A stretch of 64,000 nt of DNA from NCBI GenBank assembly GCA_002104905.1, contig MCFE01000267.1:43627-107626 (forward strand). The letters run 5' to 3'. The first letter of the stretch is position 1; each line of letters opens with the position of its first letter. This DNA is from Basidiobolus meristosporus CBS 931.73 (lineage: Eukaryota; Fungi; Basidiobolomycota). A model generated the notes under the pieces. That model saw only the letters and a list, made by a program, of their open reading frames with translations, had not been told where the DNA came from and did no database searches. The translations under genes and the position numbers were made by a program. Positions 12,856 to 25,476 of the stretch are shown in pieces.

Positions 12856-13218
12856 AATATTGAACTATTTGGTATCATTCTGCAGCTAAAAATTTACTTA
12901 ACAATTCTAGACTAGTCTTAGTCACTGTAGGACTCATTTACTGCCTTAACTTTGCCACTTTCTTCTGGTATATGATCTTATGATTATTCCCCTATAGTCA
13001 GGATCAAATTAGCACTATTACCAATCATTATGTACTAGCCCTGAAACTGTTCCAGAATGCTCCTGAATATCTAGAAACCCTCCCTACTTAGTGTTACAGC
13101 TGTATTACTTCTACAAAGGTATAAATACTGAGCTTCTTTATGAATAAACAACAGTTCAACTATTGTCGCTATTTCTTGATAAGTTACTTATGTCCAAATC
13201 ACTTCTTAAATTGCAACA
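12850..13218 (+). repeat. Copia C 3' LTR
   Basis: Direct repeat of 8541-8909, preceded by PPT. Confidence 0.95.
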
Positions 13219-13228
13219 GGTTATGAGC

Positions 13229-16200
13229 AGTGTATGTGGAACAAGTGAACTTAGCAAGGCACAGTTCTGTAGAGCACTAAGAAAAGGCACCCAGATGTTC
13301 CTCATGGCAGTGTTACAGGAGGATTTTTCTACTCCAGTACCACAGAAGGTTCAGACTCTTTTGAAGGAATATTCAGACATATATCCAGAAGAGCTTGTAA
13401 GCCTACCACCAGTCAGAGATGTGGATAATGCCATTGAAATAGGAGATAGCCCTCCAGTGAGTAAGACACCTTACAGAATGAGTCCATTGGAGTTGGAAGA
13501 GATGAAGCAATTAATAGATCAGTTACTGGAGCAAGGATATATCAGACCCAGCAAGTCACCTTGTGGAGCACCAGTACCTTTTGTGAAGAAGAAGGATGGA
13601 ATACTTAGGATGTGCATTGACTACCAAGCCCTCAAATTAGTTACCATGAAGAATAAGTACCCCATACCCTGGATTGATGAGCTCTTGGACCAACTCAATG
13701 GAGTCACAATTTTCAGCAAGATTGACCTCATGTCAGGATACAACCAGATTAGGGTGAAGCCAGAAGACATCCCTAAGACAGCATTCAGGACCAGATATGG
13801 AGATTACAAGTACTTAGTCATGAGTTTTGGACTCACCAATGTCCCTACAACATTCATGACCCTGATGCAGACCAACTTCCAGGAGTACTTAGACAAGTTT
13901 ATCATAATCTACCTAGATGATATATTGATATACAGCAAGACAGAGGAGGATCACTTGGTGCACATTGAAAAGGTCTCAAAGAAGCTAAGAGAGAACAAGC
14001 TTTATGGCATGCTACCCAAATGTGAATTCTTCAAACAACATGTTGAATGTCTGGGACACATAGTGACTGGCACAGGAGTAACCTTAGACCCTAAGAAGGT
14101 TGAAGTTATCAAGAATCTGAAGCAGCCCCATAGCATATCAGAGCTTGGATCATTCCTTGGAATGGTTTCCTATTATCAAATACTTGTCAAGTCCTTTGCA
14201 AGAATTGCAGCCCCTTTAACTGATATCCTCACAAAAGACAATACCTACAAGTGGGACATAGCTTGTGAAACGCCTTCCAGATGCTCAAGAATGAACTTGC
14301 TAAGCTGCCAAGCTTAGGAATACCTGACTTCAGAAAAGAGTTTACTCTGTGCACAGATGCTTCAGATTATGCAATTGGTGAAGTGTTGAGCCAAGAACAC
14401 AAGGGAAAGAACTACCCTGTTGCCTTTGAATGCAAGAAACTGAACTCAGCAGAACAAAACTATCCAGTGCATGTGAAGGAGATGCTTGCTATAATACACT
14501 GTTTGAAGACATGTAGATGCTATACTGAAGGAGTCAAATGTACTGTAAAGACTAATCATGCCTCCCTCAAGTATATATTTACTCAGAAGGTACTCTCTAG
14601 AAGAATGACAAGATGGAGTGAATACATTTGGCAATTTGACTTGTAGATTGTCTACTGCCCTGGAAAAAACAACACAGTTGCTGACACCTTATCAAGATTA
14701 GAACAAGTTGCACAACTCAACTTGGTGCATGAATCAGATTGGCCTAGCCTATTACCAAAGTACCTGGAGGACCAAGCCAGTCCTAATGCGGTGGATGAAG
14801 ATATCAAGAAGATAATCTGGGATGAAGCCAGCAAATATGTAGTACAGGATGAAACACTCTACCAGATTGTTGATGGAAGCCCCATTGCCTATTGCCCTTA
14901 TGTTTATTGACTGGATCTGATGTTACAATCTGCCGCTTGAATGTTTAAGTTAGATCTGTTTTTAGTCAAATCAATTAGTATATGTAGGTTATCAGTATAT
15001 CAGTATTATCTATCAATCAGTAGCATTAGTCAGCAAATGAATCAGCAGATTCTTATCAGACAGAAATCAATATATTAAGTAGGATCTTATTGGATGATGA
15101 TGACGCAATCAAATGAGTCATCAGCCACAACCTACATTAGGAAATGCAATTAGTCTGCAATTGATCTGGCATAATGTATATAATGAGCTGCTGGAACCTC
15201 AATAAAAATCAGTTCAAGCTTTAGTGAATACAATGCTAGCTAAACTCCTTATTCCTCTACAACTCTTATACCAAGACTTGTAACACTAATACATAAGCTA
15301 CACAATGGATATGGACATCTTGCGATTGAAGGAACCTATAGCCTTGTGACAGACAGAGCATGGTAGCCCAGAATGAATCATAACATTGAGAAGCTAGTGA
15401 AAACATGCACAAATTGCCAAATCAACCAAGGCCAACCACAGAGAATTGCTGAACTCTTTTCCTTGGAGCCTGTAAGACCATTTGAAAGATGGGGAATTGA
15501 CTTTATTGGAAGACTGGCCACTACTAGGAAATGCAACCATTGGATCCTAGTAGCAATTTGCCATGCCACTAAATGGCCAGTAGCTAAAGCTGTACCCATA
15601 GCCAGTGAACAAGAAGTTGCAAGTTTCATCTACCATGCTATCCTTGTGAAGTCCAGATGCCTAGTAGAGGGTCTAGGTGATAAAGGTGCAAACTTTATGG
15701 CAAAGACATTGGAAGTATACCTGGAAACTCAGCAGATCAAACACTTGAAAACCTTGGCATATCACCCCTGAACTAATGGAGTCACTGAGCGGTTTAATGG
15801 ATTATTTGGAAAAATGCTGACCAAGTATGCAAATGCAGTTGTCAGTAGATGGGATGAGTATATAGACCACGCACTCTTTGCATGTAGAGTTAGAGTACAC
15901 AACACCACCCAGCAATCACCATTTTACTTAGTATATGGATGTAAACCAAGGATTCCAGGAGAACTCACACAACCAAAGCTTACAGACACCTTAGAAGATG
16001 AACTCAGTTAGCCAAGTAGACACCAGCAATTGGAACAAAGATGTCAAGAGGCACAGACCCAAGAATCTCAAAGTGCAGCAAAGATGAAGCAGAGATTTGA
16101 CTAGACTATTGCACTAGAAGCATTGACAGTTGGGAACATTGTATTGCTAAGAGACAACACTTGGAAGAAGTTTGAGCCACAATGGACAGGACCATTTAAA

Positions 16201-16384
16201 ATCATCAGGGAAAGTCCATTGGCAACTTATCTACTAGTGGACAAGCAAGGCAATATCCAGGAAGACTTAGTGCATAGAGACAGACTCAAGCTTGCAAGAC
16301 TTGCTGATAATACTGAACCGTAAAGATACTGGTATCACAAGAAAAGAGATTCAGAAGAACCCTTTCAACATTGGCAGGGGAGAA
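13229..16384 (+). pseudogene. pol: Family B pol (RT, RNase H, integrase), frameshifted
   Basis: [36 protein letters not shown] motifs in ORFs 13163-14317, 14281-14646, 15373-15771, 16123-16323. Confidence 0.9.
14921..15285 (+). mobile_element. Family B solo LTR inserted in family B pol, 4-bp TSD CTGA/CTAA
   Basis: TGTTACAATC...CTTGTAACA; removal restores LDLIHKLHNGYGHL. Confidence 0.85.
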
Positions 16385-16627
16385 TGTTATGATCTGCTGC
16401 TTGGATGTTTAAGCTAGATCAGTTTTTAGTCAAATCAATTAGTTACATGTTTGGGTTATCAGTATATCAGTATTATCTATCAAATCAATAGCATTAGTCA
16501 GCAAATGAATCTGTGGATCCTTATCAGACAGAAATAGATATATTTGGTAGGATCTTATTGGGTGATGATGATGCAATCAAGTGATTTGTCAGCCACAGCC
16601 TACATTAAGAAGTACAATTAGTCAGCA
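16385..16627 (+). repeat. Family B 3' LTR, truncated by a CMC copy
   Basis: Homology to 6955 LTR stops at GTCAGCA (16627), where CMC ORF2 sequence starts. Confidence 0.85.
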
Positions 16628-17523
16628 CTATTCATTCACTATTTCCCACATTTCCTGGTCTTCAGCCAGCACTGCAAGGCCAAGCACCTCATCTGCCAGT
16701 CTTTGCACTAAATACTTGCATTATTTAAGTGCATTTTCTTGAGAACTGCTCTTGAAGAAGTGTTGCAACCTCTTGGTGTGCATGTTAATGTACCAAAATT
16801 ACACTGAAGGCATTGTGATAGTCTTTTGAGCTCTTGACCTTGTAGCCTTGTCTGTTAGTTGGATCCCTACTCTGACAAAAATGGAGGTATGTGGAGGCTG
16901 TGGTAGACAAATTGCCTTTTTCTGCAAACTCATCTACCATGCTGAAGTGTAGCTCACCTGGCTGCACTTCCAACTCTTGTGAACATAGCTGCTTTCTTAT
17001 TGGCAGTTCTTCTTGCCTATCCAGGAATTCAGTCTGTTCCAGGCTTGTGGCATTAATTGGCAAGAACTGCTGTTTTTTTGCATGTTTCCCTCTCTCAGGC
17101 TTGGGCAGACATTTTTCCCTTTACCTTTTTCTTTATCACTGCCAGGTCTTTCACTACTATTATGTCTGAGCACTTCTTGTAGTTAAATGCATTTTCTCCT
17201 GGATAAATTCTGCACTGACGCATCTGTTTTGGTCTGCTTGTCCCTTGCCAGCACTCTTCTGGCAACCTGACATTTCTTTTCTGCTTGCTACAAGCTCCCA
17301 ACTGTAGTTGTGACAGGCTCCTGTAAAAACTGCTGGCTATTATCACTGCCAGGTCCTTCACTGCTACTCTGACTGAGTGCTTCTTCAGTAGTACTACACT
17401 TTTCCTTGATAAATATTGTGCTGGTGCATCTGTGTCTGCCAGCTTGTCCCTAATTGGCCCTCTTTCAGCTACCTGACAACTCTTTGATGCTTGTCTGCAG
17501 CTTTTGGGCCTGCTTGTAACAGG

Positions 17524-18501
17524 CTATTGAGGAAGCTGCTGGTTTTTAGCCATTGCACCCTGGTACTTCTGCCTTTGATAGTTTCTGCTATTCTTAAGAT
17601 ACTTTCTTAGCACACCAATGCTGGCCAAAAATCTATTTGCCTGTTTGAATCCACAACAATGCACATGGAACAAGTCAAGTGCATTCTGCTTGGCCTTGAG
17701 TTCCTGATGGGCCTGTGGTGTGCCTGCCTCAAGATGATGGCCTGCTAAACTTCTGATGGACTCTTGTATATTAGCCCACTCTTTGTTATTGCACTCAACG
17801 GCTTCATACATCTTCAATGTCTTTTGCTTTTTAGGCTTTAGTATAAACACCATATTGTCCCCCTCCCATGCTGTGATAGGTTTTTCTGTGTGCTTTATCT
17901 TTGAGCACTGTTGTTGCGCTTCGTAGACTGTACAATGTTCTTCTACTGTTACATTGGGAAATAGCTCAATTCTTGGCTGTGACATTGAGCCACTGGAGTT
18001 CCTTCTTTGCAGCAAAGATACTTCTTTCCCTACCTGGGATATTGATTGCTCTACACATATTTTCTGCTCATCCTGTTTCTGGACTAATTCCTGATTTCTC
18101 TGGCCCAATGCATCTATCCTATCAGCCACTGCACCTAATTGCTTCATTAATTCTTTGGTATGAGCTGACAACATACTTGCCCATATAGGTGGTGGTGATG
18201 TTATCATGGCTACTTGCTGATCTTCAACTGAGGGTACTGCATTTGCTACATTCTCATCTGCCTGAGCATAATGGTGAGCTTGTAACTCTGCAGACATTCT
18301 CAAATGCCTACTTGACTGAGAGCCTGAGGAGTCCACATTATTACCTTCAATGTGCACACTGTCCACAAGGCCATTTTTGAATGTATCCCAACCTGTGGCA
18401 TGGAATGTCAAAGCAAGCTGTTGTCCAACTGCTCTTCCATTGCCATCAGCAGTGGGGTTTGGTTGGGAACCAGACAACTTTGCTTTATTTTTTGGCGGCA
18501 T
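17524..18501 (-). pseudogene. CMC ORF2 N-terminal half, 325 aa open
   Basis: MPPKNKAKLSG...ECNNKEWANIQE...LRKYLKNSRNY; conserved across four copies. Confidence 0.75.
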
Positions 18502-18659
18502 ATATATGGAAGTGAGTCAAACCAAAGGGGAAATAGTGTTACATATACGTGTGTATGTAGTACCACAACTTTATTTATAATGCTTACTATGCTGGGTCAT
18601 CATTGAATCTTACATATTTGTAGGTAAATGTCTCAAATACAACACTGTCTCAAGTCAAC

Positions 18660-20065
18660 ATGAGTATTGACCAGAAAAAGATATAATAGCGTTAAGTTGT
18701 TGAAGGTCAAACTGTGTGCCCCATGGACAAGACTACTTTGACTCAATGCCGTAAGAGCAGAGAAAAAAGACCATGTGGCTATTGTGGCAAGCATCTCAGC
18801 CATGAAGCACACATACAGCATAGGAAGCATTACAAGGATCACAGCCAGTGCTTTACCACCCAAGTCATATTTGACCATTCATTGGTCACTACTGAACTAA
18901 CATTATTATGCTTGCCAGTTGATACCTCTATATTGGCACCTGGTCATCTTTGTCACCTTTTGCAAACTGAGTCAGGTGAGTTTGTGATGCCTTTAGGCTC
19001 ACCTCAGCCTTCTGAATATGGCATGCAGAGTGATAGCTCTGACAAAGAAGGTTCACTGATGGATTTTGAGCCTATCTCCCCTAACAACAGTACCACATAT
19101 GAGCCCAGTCAAATTCCTACATGCAATGAGATAACACCTGTTGAAACAAATGCCAAGGATACTTTATGGAGCCAAGTGAGCCCAGTAATCTATCTACTGG
19201 TGAAGGATGTAATGTTGTGGCTAGAGAAGTGGGGAATTTCAACTGATATCAGTAATGGGGTCTTTGAGGATTCATTACTACTTCTTGCAAAAATCATAGC
19301 AGGATGCTACTTACCATGTACATGGTGCAAGCAGACAACTGTCATGTGGCTGGCAACTTATGATCAAGAGACTGTCCTGATTCCAGCATATGTAAACAGT
19401 TGCACAGCATTCACATCCAAAAATGCTATCATTGCAACATGTCTGAATTGTCAGGAATCCACCACCATTGAGGGAAAACATTGTTCACACTCCAAATGTG
19501 TTCCAGTCATACACTGCCTGAGGAAGCTGATGTGGTCTAACAAGTATTGCAAAGCTATACAGTACCGCACCCAGTATCAATCAAGTGCCAACATATCCAA
19601 TATATTTGATTGCAATAATTACAAATGGCCAAGAATCAAGGGCTACTTTGAAGGTATGTATGATCATGCCTTTGCTTTAGCACTTGATGGATTCTCATTA
19701 AACAAGTACTCTACCAGCAAATCCTGCTGGCCACTGATTCTCATTAATCTGAATCTGCCACCCATGTTACATAATCAGAGCAATAATCTGATGGTAGTCT
19801 CACTGGTATCTGGGCCTAAATCACTGTCCAACCTGGATAGCTACCTGTATCCATTGCTGGATGAGTTTTGTATGCTTTCCAGCAGGATGACATTAAATGG
19901 CTGTCATATAAAAGCACATATTATTATCCACATTGAAGATACCCCATTTCTACTGGGAGCAATGCATTTGCTTTTCAACAATACCCCTTTGCTAATGACC
20001 AAGTTATACATGAGGTATTTCAAGCTAAATGAGCCCTTTTGAACGCCAGAGATATTCAAAAGAAT
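18660..20065 (+). pseudogene. CMC transposase N-half of E2 (442-aa open stretch)
   Basis: CGYCGKHLSHEAHIQHRKH zinc-finger-like N-terminus; FALALDGFSLNK, CWPLILINLNLPP, LDSYLYPLLDEF. Confidence 0.85.
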
Positions 20066-22550
20066 TGCTATGATAATAATTTGGTCCTGCAAGTGGATCC
20101 AATCTGGCTCAGCCATCAGGATCCCAAAATGGGTCCATCATAATGCCTGCAGCATGAAATTATTGACCCTCCACATAATCTTATAATGCAACTGGGACAG
20201 CATTTTTCTGATTTAACTGCCTAATAAAGTAAAAAACCTGACAGTCTTTTAGCAGTCTTTTGAAAAGAATTGCATGGCATGCAAACAGTCATAGTGTGCT
20301 CTTCATTTACTTGAGTGGACTCAGCCAGCCAACTCATCCAATTGCCATATATAGCAAGAAATGTGGCACTTTGGCAAAGTTGTCTTATTAAAATTAGATG
20401 CTTGCTGTGACCACCCAGCTTTACATTACTTGGCTAATTACCTATGATTGAGGCTGCTTAGCTTCTTAATGCCAAAGGCATAAGTATTTCCATTTGCATA
20501 TCTGTCCTTGGTATCTTCCAACTCTTCCTGGCTGTCATCCATGTGCCACCACATCACACCCATGACAGACTTGAAGTATACATTATTGATGAGATTGGGA
20601 TATGGTAGTAAATATGACGTGACTCATCTTGCAATCTCCTTGCACATCTGCTCAAGAGGAAGCTCCCCAAAGGAAAAGCAAGGCCCAATATTCTCCACAC
20701 ACCAAGCAAGATAGGAAAAAGAATGGAAAGTGCAGTGGGGGAGGCCAATGCTTTCAACCTTATGCTTGTGGTACAGATGCACAAATCATGACTGAAACTC
20801 CTCACATAAAAGCTTTAGAAGCATCAAGCTGACAATGGTGATCTGCTTCTGGACAAACATTTCCTCAATGTAAACAAATGACTCCCAGTACTTCCAATAT
20901 ACTCTTAGTAGAAGTGGCTTCAGAAGGCCACTGGAATGAATACATATCTTGTTCATTCAGTCCTTGCACTTGTATTGTTGCATATGCATTTAAATGTTGC
21001 TGGTAGCCTGTGAGAAGTACTTAGGGAAGCAGATGCTCACAATATCTTGCCAATTCTTTAAAATTTCTCCAGCTTTTAGATAGCTCATTTATCTTGAAAT
21101 GCCCCATATACACCTTAGTCATAAGCATTGGGATATTATTGAAAAGCAAACGCACAGCTTCCAGTAGAAACCTCTTGCTGCAACAGACACTCCCTATCTT
21201 AATTATATTTGGTTTGCAATTAATTCCATAATTGGGCTAATGGCATAAAGCTTGCCAACTTTGCTGCAATTGCATGCAGACTTCTGTATGTTCCATCTGG
21301 AGGAAAATGATGCTCTGAGCATTGGTAATTGGATATTAGACTAGTTCCAATGGAGAGTGCCACAGAGTGCCAGCCTGTTTAAAGTGCCAGATGGATCTGG
21401 TACTTGGATTCCTACCATAATTCTGGTGGTAGGGTCTAGTTACTGGTATTTTTACTCAATCCAGACACATTCCTTTTAGTGGATGTCTTTTTATAAAAGT
21501 ATATTGTGCCATAATAAGTATCTTAACTATTTCACCTGTTCTGCTGTTTTCTCCTATATATGACTTTCCTATGTATTTTCCTACTGACATGCCAATTCTC
21601 TTTAGATATCCAAATATATGCTCTACTCTCACTCTGAAATGATTAAATATGTTTTTGTAGAGCTTCTGCTTCCTGCTAAGCATGCCACTCCTTGGCTTTC
21701 TATGAGGTGTAATATATTCTAATCTCTGACAATCCCCTCCCACATAAGCTAAGTCTGCCACGCATTTCTCCCCCCTACTGAATTCTGGATGATTCTCTAC
21801 CCAGAGCACTCTATCATACCTACTTTAAGCACCTTGCCCACTAAACCAGATGATGTTATCCTCAATGTCAGACAGTGCTTAAAACATGACACAGTGGGTC
21901 ATGCATTTGCCCAAATAAAATAGTTATGTTGTAAAAATCATCCTGATACTGCAACTTGGTGATTTTATTAATAATATACTTACAAGTCTACAGTCAAATA
22001 AGAGACTTGCAATATATGTGATCTGATCTATTTCAATGCAACTCAAGATGCACAATGCATAATAATTGGAAAATTCAACCATCACATTAGTTTTCATGTA
22101 TATTTCATATAAGACCAGATTGATTCCAATAGCTACTGTGTATATATAGAAGTCTGTATTATGGCCCCTATACCAAGTCTCAACTAATCTTTGGTACATC
22201 CCTGACTACACCCATCCCCCAGCTTACAAGCAAGGTACAGACAAAAAAGTCAATGTTGGGCTTGTTTGAGTTATTGCCAAATGACTTTGGTATGGGCCAA
22301 ATGTTTACAATGAGCCTTCATACAGATATATGGGCACTACTTGTAAATCTAGTGGAACTGGATACCTCAGAGATTTGACAGAGATGTAGGGAATCCAAGC
22401 AGGAAGCTGTGGCATGAGTTCTACATGAAGATGCCAGCAGATGTGTTTAAATGATAGATGTCAAGACAAGTATTGAAGTCATAAATAAGCTGAGAGTGAG
22501 GGGATTTGATGCAGAAGATGCACAAAATTTGCACAGTATAGGCCAGACAT

Positions 22551-23320
22551 TGTGGTGGTGTATAGATCCAAGGGGTAGATATGTCCAAAACTTCTCAAGT
22601 GTTTTGTGTGTGGGGTGCTCACTGTGTGCAATAACCTCTGGCAAAAGCTTTCTAGGAGTACTTGGGTTCTGTCTCTAATCCAATGTGATGAAAAATGAAG
22701 CCACAAGCTTATCAAGGGAAAGCTATTGAGCTACAACCCCCAACTTAGTTGGTGTTGGAACAAGCAGTGATCACACTAATCAACAAGTCAGTATATTGAT
22801 AAAAGGGATGATGATTTATTGCTGAGGGATTGCCTCCCTTATATACTTTCTTGCTGGCTAAGTGATTACTGATCATGGTGCTCCAGAAGGTTCCAGAGAA
22901 CAATAGAAATCTTAATGACATCAGAATGAGCTGAGGGTATTCTAAGTAGGTGCCAAAAGGTTCTAACAGGCACAGCAAATCCAACCAATCAGAAATTAGT
23001 ACTCTGAAATCTGTGTAACATAATGATACCATATATGATATGGAAATGGCAGGGTTGGTGACACAGGTTGATTGTGTGTCACAAGTACTGGCGCAGATAC
23101 TTGTCTAATATAGAAGCAAATATAGCCAGTAATCTTACATAAAGTGAGGGATAACTTATGCAATAAGGTAAGCAGGTGTGATAGTCAACTGGCTTATGGG
23201 ATGGTACTGATCAGGTAAGACAAATGAGATAAAACTAAAATCAGTGTAGTAGAGATCTAGAGAAGTAGAAAATATAGGAATGAGCACATCTGTCAGTGGG
23301 TGTCCTGTGACACTACTGCA
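22551..23320 (-). repeat. Family G 3' LTR with ~300-bp internal deletion
   Basis: Starts TGTGGTGGTG on plus; jumps from CTTAGTTGG to GCAGTGATCAC relative to the 49475-50545 copy. Confidence 0.8.
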
Positions 23321-23405
23321 TTGACCCCCCTTGCAGCTTTGAGCATGGGTCAAAGCAGACTAAATGAGATGTGCAAAGTTCCTATGCTTGAACAATTTAA
23401 GTTGG

Positions 23406-24475
23406 TGTAGTGAGGTCACAGTGACACCCACTGACAGATGTGCTCATTCCCATATTTTCTACTTCCCTAGATCTCTACTACACTGATTTAGTTTTATCTC
23501 ATTTGTCTTAACTTATCAGTACTATCCCATAAGCCAGTTGACTGACACACCTGCTTACCTTATTGAAATAAGTTATCCCCCACCTTATGTAAGATTACTA
23601 GCAGTAAGTGTTTCAATATTGGGCACGTACCTGTGCTACTGCCCATGACACATGATCAACCCATGTCACCATCCCTACCATTTTCATACCATATATGGTA
23701 CCCCTATGTTAAACAGGTTTCAGAGTACTGATTCCTGATTGGTTGGATGTGCTGTGCCTCTCAAAACCTTCCAGCACCTACTTAGAACATTCTAGGTCAT
23801 TCTGATGTCATTAAGATTTCTATTGATCTCTGGAACCTTCTGGAACACCATGATTTATAATCACTTAGTCAGTAAGAATAGTATATAAGGGAGGCTATCC
23901 CTCAACAATAAGTCATCATCCCTTTTATCAATATACTGACCTGTTGATTATTGTGGTCACTGCTACATGCTGCTACCTGAACTTCCAACCCCAGACCACA
24001 GGTCACTCCCAGGAAACCACACTAAGAGACAACTAACCTTGGAGGCACTACTTGTGAGGAATACTCAGAGTAGGTGTCTATTATTATATCTGATTTTTTC
24101 CCATGTTTGTTCTTGTAGAGGCAAAGATACTTTTCTCTCTTTGTAACTATTGACCACAGCTGCATTCTTAGCAAGTCCCTGCTGGTGGAGTTTACAGTTA
24201 TTTTGACTTTGGAAGCTTTAGTACATTGTCATCTCAAAGGATGCTGATCCCAGCACATACTTTTGTTAAGAGGCCAACTAAGTTGGGGATTGTGGCTCAA
24301 AAGCTTTCCCTTGACAAGCTTGTGGCTTTATTTCTCATCACATTAGATTAAAGACAGAATCCAAGTATTCCTAGCAAGCTTTTGCCAGAGGATAATGCAC
24401 CCAGTGAGCACCCCACACATAAAACACATGAGAAGTGTTGGACATATCTCCCCCTTGGAATTATACACCACCACA
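23406..24475 (+). mobile_element. Family G solo LTR inserted in family G integrase tail, TSD TTGG/TTGG
   Basis: TGTAGTGAGG...CACCACCACA; inverted relative to the host LTRs. Confidence 0.9.
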
Positions 24476-24479
24476 TTGG

Positions 24480-25476
24480 TTCCATGGAACTGGTGCTTTC
24501 AACTGGGTGTTGTCAAGCTTAGATATGTAACAACTTCCATTTCCAATCACTTTGGAAATGAGGTGGGGGCCAGTCCATTTGTTGTCAAACTTCAGACTCC
24601 ATTATTTGTACAAGGTGGAATCATAAAATAATACTGGGTCTCCTAGCAGTAACAGCTTTGGTCTTGTTGAGTGTGACTTGTCAAAGAGTACTTTGTACTT
24701 CAGCCATGTATCCTTAAGTTGTTCAGCAGCCCTGTTGATATTTAGGCCATGATGATCTAGTTGCTGTATACAAGTGACTAGGAGGTCATCAGTGTGCATA
24801 ATATATTTCCAATCCAGTGAGCTCCAAGTTACTGTGTCTACGTCAACTGGTAGTATGCAGTCATGTCTATGGAGTAGCTTAAATGGCAGTAATCCAGTAG
24901 TTCTCTTGATAGTTATTCTATTTGCCCAGAGTGCAAGATGTGATTGCTGTGGCCACAGGGTTGCATTATTCTCACAGGTCTTGACAAGAAAGTTTATCAG
25001 TGGTTCATGTCCTCTCTCTACCATTCCATTGGCTTGAGGATGGTAAGCTGTAGTAAAAGCAATGTGCATCTTGTACTTTAAGTACAGCTCCTGGATCATT
25101 TGGGATATCATTTCTCCTCTGTCAGCAACAAACTGTTGGATGCAGCAAAATCTGCAGACAATGTCTTTAAGTAAAAATCTCCATATGGTATGACTTGTGT
25201 TGTTGGGCAAGGCTTGAGCCTCTGCCCATCCACTAAGGTCATCTCTAGCAACAAGCAGGTACTATTTTGATTCAGCTGTTGGCATGTGGACAAGGTCATT
25301 ACCAACCATTTGCCATAGACTAACTGTGTAAGTAGGATGCAGTGGTTCTTCATAACGCCTAGAGGATCTCCTCTGGCAGGCCACACATGACTCAGCAAAG
25401 GGCTGGATATCAAAGTACATGTCTTCCCAGTAGTACCTCTGAGCTGTGGTATTGTAGATGGCTTCTTGTCCTCTAT
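24480..25476 (-). pseudogene. pol: Family G integrase
   Basis: QQFVADRGE, AYHPQANGMVERGH, IKRTTGLLPF motifs in ORF 24602-25210. Confidence 0.85.

Larger units (their letters stand above)
8541..13218 (+). mobile_element. Ty1/copia family C element, full length, frameshifted
   Basis: Two ~369-bp LTRs, PBS GGTTATGAGCCCTG at 8910, PPT GAGGGGGAG at 12841-12849, gag-PR-INT-RT-RH order. Confidence 0.95.
6955..16627 (+). mobile_element. Ty3/Gypsy family B element, degenerate, with nested copia and solo LTR
   Basis: 5' LTR, gag, PR, RT, RH, INT, PPT (GGCAGGGGAGAA, ending 16384) and truncated 3' LTR in Gypsy order. Confidence 0.9.
16628..20065. mobile_element. CMC element copy E2, left part (ORF2 minus, transposase plus)
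   Basis: ORF2 remnants 16628-18501; transposase N-half from 18660 to ...PEIFKRI at 20065. Confidence 0.85.
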
